Assembly: GCA_905178155.1 (NCBI GenBank)
Contig: CAJINV010000001.1
Coordinates: 16,120,142-16,184,141 of the forward strand
Origin: Amoebophrya sp. A120
Lineage: Eukaryota > Protista > Dinoflagellata
Direction: 5' to 3'
Length of the DNA: 64,000 nucleotides
In this document: in pieces, positions 60,182 to 64,000 of the stretch
How positions within the stretch are numbered: the first letter of the stretch is position 1
Layout: each line of letters begins with the position of its first letter
Notes under the pieces: model-generated
Seen by the model: only the letters and a program-made list of their open reading frames with translations
Told to the model about the DNA's origin: nothing
The model's database searches: none
Position numbers and translations under genes: made by a program

Positions 60182-63032
60182 ATGTATTCCCAGAACCCGG
60201 GACAGTACCCTTCCAAAGGGGTCCACTCGGGCCGGGCCGTGTCCCTGAAGGGCGGGTCTCCGGACTACAAGCGACCGCAGCACCACGGAGGTGGTAAGTC
60301 GTGGCCTGCGACACCCACCACCGTGGGGCAGCACACCAGTGCGGACACCTCGCCGGTCATGATGGGCGTACCAGGGGGCGACAATTCGAATTTGCTGCTG
60401 GATATGTCCGTGGCGGAGCGCACGATCGCGGCAGAGATGGCGGCGTCGTGGGTGAACCAGGACGGTTCCTCGGCGAACGACCCAAACGCTTTGTTCCCCT
60501 ACACGACGCCCGACACCACCCCGGTGAATTACGGCGGCGATCGGTCGTACCACGGGTACGGGATGCCTGCCGGTTACCCGGACCACATGGGACCGCCCGG
60601 CGGCTTTCCGACGGGAGGAGGACCCGGCGCCGGAGGATCCAACAACTCGGCCGCGACCATTGCGCTGCTCGCACAGCAGCTGGCCTCTTTGACAAACGGA
60701 TCGAACAGTGCGGGCGGGAACGCCGGTCCCCCCGGGGCGCCGCCGCTGCCGCAGTACCTGCAAAACGCCGGGGTGGGCGGGGGACCCGGAGGACCCAACC
60801 CCGGTGCCGACGAGCAGGCCGCGCTTCTGGCTCAGGCTCTGCAGCAGTACAACACCGTGGACCACGCATGGGACAACCAATTTCCGCAGAATCATGCGCC
60901 CAAGGGAAAATTTTCTTCCGCCGTGGGCAAGGGAGGCAAGATGCACAAAGGCGACTACGCAGGGGGACCAGGATCACCGTCGGCGTGGGCCAATCAACAG
61001 TACGGCGGCCCTGGAGGGGGCGACTACGGGTCGTGGCAGCAGAGAGCCGGGAAAGGCGGGCACTGGCAGGACCAAAGTAAGGGTGGCAACTACAACTGGC
61101 AGCAAGGCAAGGGAGACTACAACGCGTGGCAACAGGGTCCGGGTGTCAACAAGGGCGGCTATAACTCCAAGCAAAACAAGGGCTTCGGAAAAGAGTGGGG
61201 TGGCAAGAAAGGTACAAATAAGTACAACTACTTGCTCCTTGAATTTGAAACACTCTTACGCGGTCTTCATTCCGTTTGTCTTAAATACTATGCTATCGCG
61301 TTCTTCTTAGAAGAATCCAAAAATAAAATCAATGATGTTTTCAGCATGTGAAACGAATACAGGTCAACTGCACCAGGGAAAGGGTGGCAAGATGGACGGT
61401 GTCCACCAGATGACGCCTACCGAGCTGGGGTTGCCCGAAGGGTGCAGTCAGGCCTTGATGGATTTCCGCATTCGCGGGATGAAGAAGGAGCTGAACGAGA
61501 TCCTCCCGCACGTTGTGGAATTCTGCAAGGACCAGTACGGTTCCCGCTACATCCAGCAGAAACTTCAGGTACTACGAACATATTTTTCTGTCTAGTGGTC
61601 ACAGTTACTCCTTACTTTCGTTTGAAGTGGGTTTATTTTTCAAGAAAGGTGTACGTGGTTTGCTGCTACAGCCCATCATGTCTTTGTCATTTCGAGGAAG
61701 AACAAAACAAGATTTTTGTTTCACTATCGCCACCCACCCCAGGTTTCCGCCGCGCACGAGAAGCAGGCCTTCTATTTGGCGCTGAAGCCGCACGTCCGGG
61801 ATCTGGTGTTGGACCCGTTCGGGAATTACGTGGTGCAGAAATTTTTCGAGCGCGGCAACCGCGAGCACCGCGAGGGCCTCGCCAGCGAGCTCCGGGGTCT
61901 GGCGCTGGGGCTGAGTTACCACATGTTTGGGTGCTGGGTGATGCAGCGCCTGATGGAGGTCCTGGACACCAATCCGGACCTGCAGAAGGAGCTGGCCGAG
62001 GAGCTGCAGGCTGACTTGCTGGGGCTGATCGTGAACCAAAACGGGAACCACGTGGTGCAGGCCTGCGTCGAAAACATGCCCGCGGAAAACACCACCTTCA
62101 TCGTGCACACGCTGCAGGGCTCCGTCGTGCGCATGGCCCGCCACACCTACGGCTGCCGCGTCCTGCAGCGGATCGTGGAGCGCTGCCAGACCGCCGATGT
62201 GGAGCCAATCATCGAAGAGTTGCTACCGGAGTTGGACGACCTGATGCGCGATGAGTACCTATCCACAAGCTTTTTCCTATATTTAACCTTCCGCTTCCCT
62301 AAATTTCCAAGGCAACAAAGACGAAAATTTTTTGATGACTTCGACCATAATTTTCTCTGATTCTAACCGTCCCAGCCAAAAATCACGACTTTTTTTTTAC
62401 TAGGTGCGCTGTCATCAACCCAAAAATAACCACTGCACAAACAAACCAGGTACGGAAATTACGTGGTGCAGTCCATTGCGGAGCGGATTGGGGCGCCCCG
62501 ACGGCCGCAGGTGGTGGACTACGTGTGTGCGAACCTGACGAAACTGGCCACGAACAAATACGCGAGCAACGTGTGCGAGAAGATCATGATGTACAGTTCC
62601 GAGGACGACGCCAACCGCATGACCAACATCATCCTGGGCGAGGAGACCGAGCCGGAGCCGCCGGTCCTGACCATGATGCGGCACCGGTACGCCAACTACT
62701 GCGTGCAGAAGATGCTGGAGAAAATGTCCGTGGAGTCGCCCTTCGTGGACCGGGTTCGCACCCTGCTCCGCGTGTACGTGCCCCAGATCCGGACCTTCGT
62801 GTACGGGAGACACATCTTGCAGTCCCTGTTCCGCCTCGGCGTCATCAACGCCGAGGAGTTGCAGCAGGCGCTGGACGCGTCCCCGGCCGCGCAGAACATC
62901 CAGGGGGTCCAGCACACCTCCGCGGGCCACCAGGTCATGGGCCAGCACGCCACCAAGCAGGACACGCACCCGCATCGGACCACCGGGAAAACCCCCCGCT
63001 CGACGCCGCGCGAGCAGCAGGGGCAGGCCTAA
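60182..63032 (+). CDS. Pumilio/PUF RNA-binding protein (introns ~61212-61362, 61569-61742, 62255-62449)
   Basis: PUF repeats DQYGSRYIQQKL, DPFGNYVVQKFF, HMFGCWVMQRL, NQNGNHVVQ, HTYGCRVLQR, DEYGNYVVQ, NKYASNVCEK, HRYANYCVQK. G/Q/K-rich N-terminus. Confidence 0.95.
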
Positions 63033-64000
63033 GGGAGCGGATTCTTCTATAGTCAGGACTAGGAGCAGCATGAGCATGTTTCTTGATGTTTCTGAGAATG
63101 TGCGTCGTGCTAAAATAGATAGTACTTACACAGGGCTTGCTCGAGAAGTAGAAATTTGTTTCGAGTACTGCGCGAGGTTGTGAACAATATACGTCTGCTC
63201 TACGTAGAGATAGAGATAAGAGGTGGAACGACATGATATATGACCAAGCAGCAGTAAGAAGGCTCTGTTTTGCGGAGTATGAGTATGCACGACATAGTGC
63301 TATGAGAAAGTAGTACAGTAAAACATCAGTAGTCGACCGAACATGATATTCAAAAGAAAATTTTCTAAGCACCTAATTTTATCACGATGAGAATCGGAAT
63401 TCTTTGTAAACTGGTGTGTAGTAGTTGGGGTACTTTTATTTGTTATGACTTCTCATCCTAGACAAGCACAAGAATCTGCAAAGGTCGAAAGAAGAACCTG
63501 TCACACACTCTTTCTCTGAATGAATTCACCGCATTTTTCCGTACAAAGACACCAATTCGCCACAGAAGTCTTACAACCACATGCGCAGAATGATAGCACT
63601 ATTTCCCAGTTTTTTACCCAAATATGCATGGTTTGTCCAATATGTTTTTCTAATTAAGTTTTTATTTTGAAATGTATTGAACGTAGACGTACATATTGTT
63701 TTTGCACTGATTGGTGTCCCTATCACGGTTGTTGCTGGGATAGAACCAGAGGTCCTTACGCTATGTCTCTTAACGAGTCCAGCCGAAGCCCATAAACTCC
63801 TACGTACGGCTATATGCCTAGTCCACCCTTTTTGTTTAAAGCGTAGAAGAAGTTTTACACTTCGAACCTATCCGGCGTTAGTAGGACGGTCGTTTAAAAT
63901 TTTGTTGGGCTGCCGTTGACTTTTCAGCATGCCTTAACGATGTCGCTGCCGTCCTCCTGTGCCGTATTCAACCTGATTTTTTGGCCACAACCTTCCGCCC

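Noticed and set aside
1-64000. Spliced-leader relics, tRNA, rRNA or snRNA genes
   Set aside because: No match to the dinoflagellate SL (CCGTAGCCATTTTGGCTCAAG) or recognisable RNA gene was seen by eye. A covariance-model scan would be needed to exclude them.

Overview
Intron-containing eukaryotic DNA, most likely from a parasitic dinoflagellate (Syndiniales, Amoebophrya-like). This is an inference from two DVNP genes, about 18 genes all on the + strand, and non-canonical introns with inverted repeats. Genes in order: KH protein, STYX-like pseudophosphatase (plus a duplicated last exon), SWIM/RING/ZZ E3 ligase, zinc-knuckle/RING protein, methyltransferase, small membrane protein, DNAJC8-like, 2 x DVNP, O-methyltransferase, IFT122, two paralogous secreted unknown proteins, ERD2-like, UBA3, GT8 glycosyltransferase, OMS1-like methyltransferase and Pumilio. 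Two non-coding systems stand out. (1) Two ~1.24-kb ORF-less, hairpin-packed elements (37656-38890 and 56904-58159) share a ~465-nt structured, pseudoknot-capable core. Each is bracketed by its own perfect 38-39-bp direct repeat, and the second sits in a three-repeat array. (2) A family of TAT...ATA inverted-repeat introns with 5-bp direct repeats whose inferred 3' splice site falls 4 nt after the terminal ATA, with no AG. All gene models and folds were read by eye; no searches were run.
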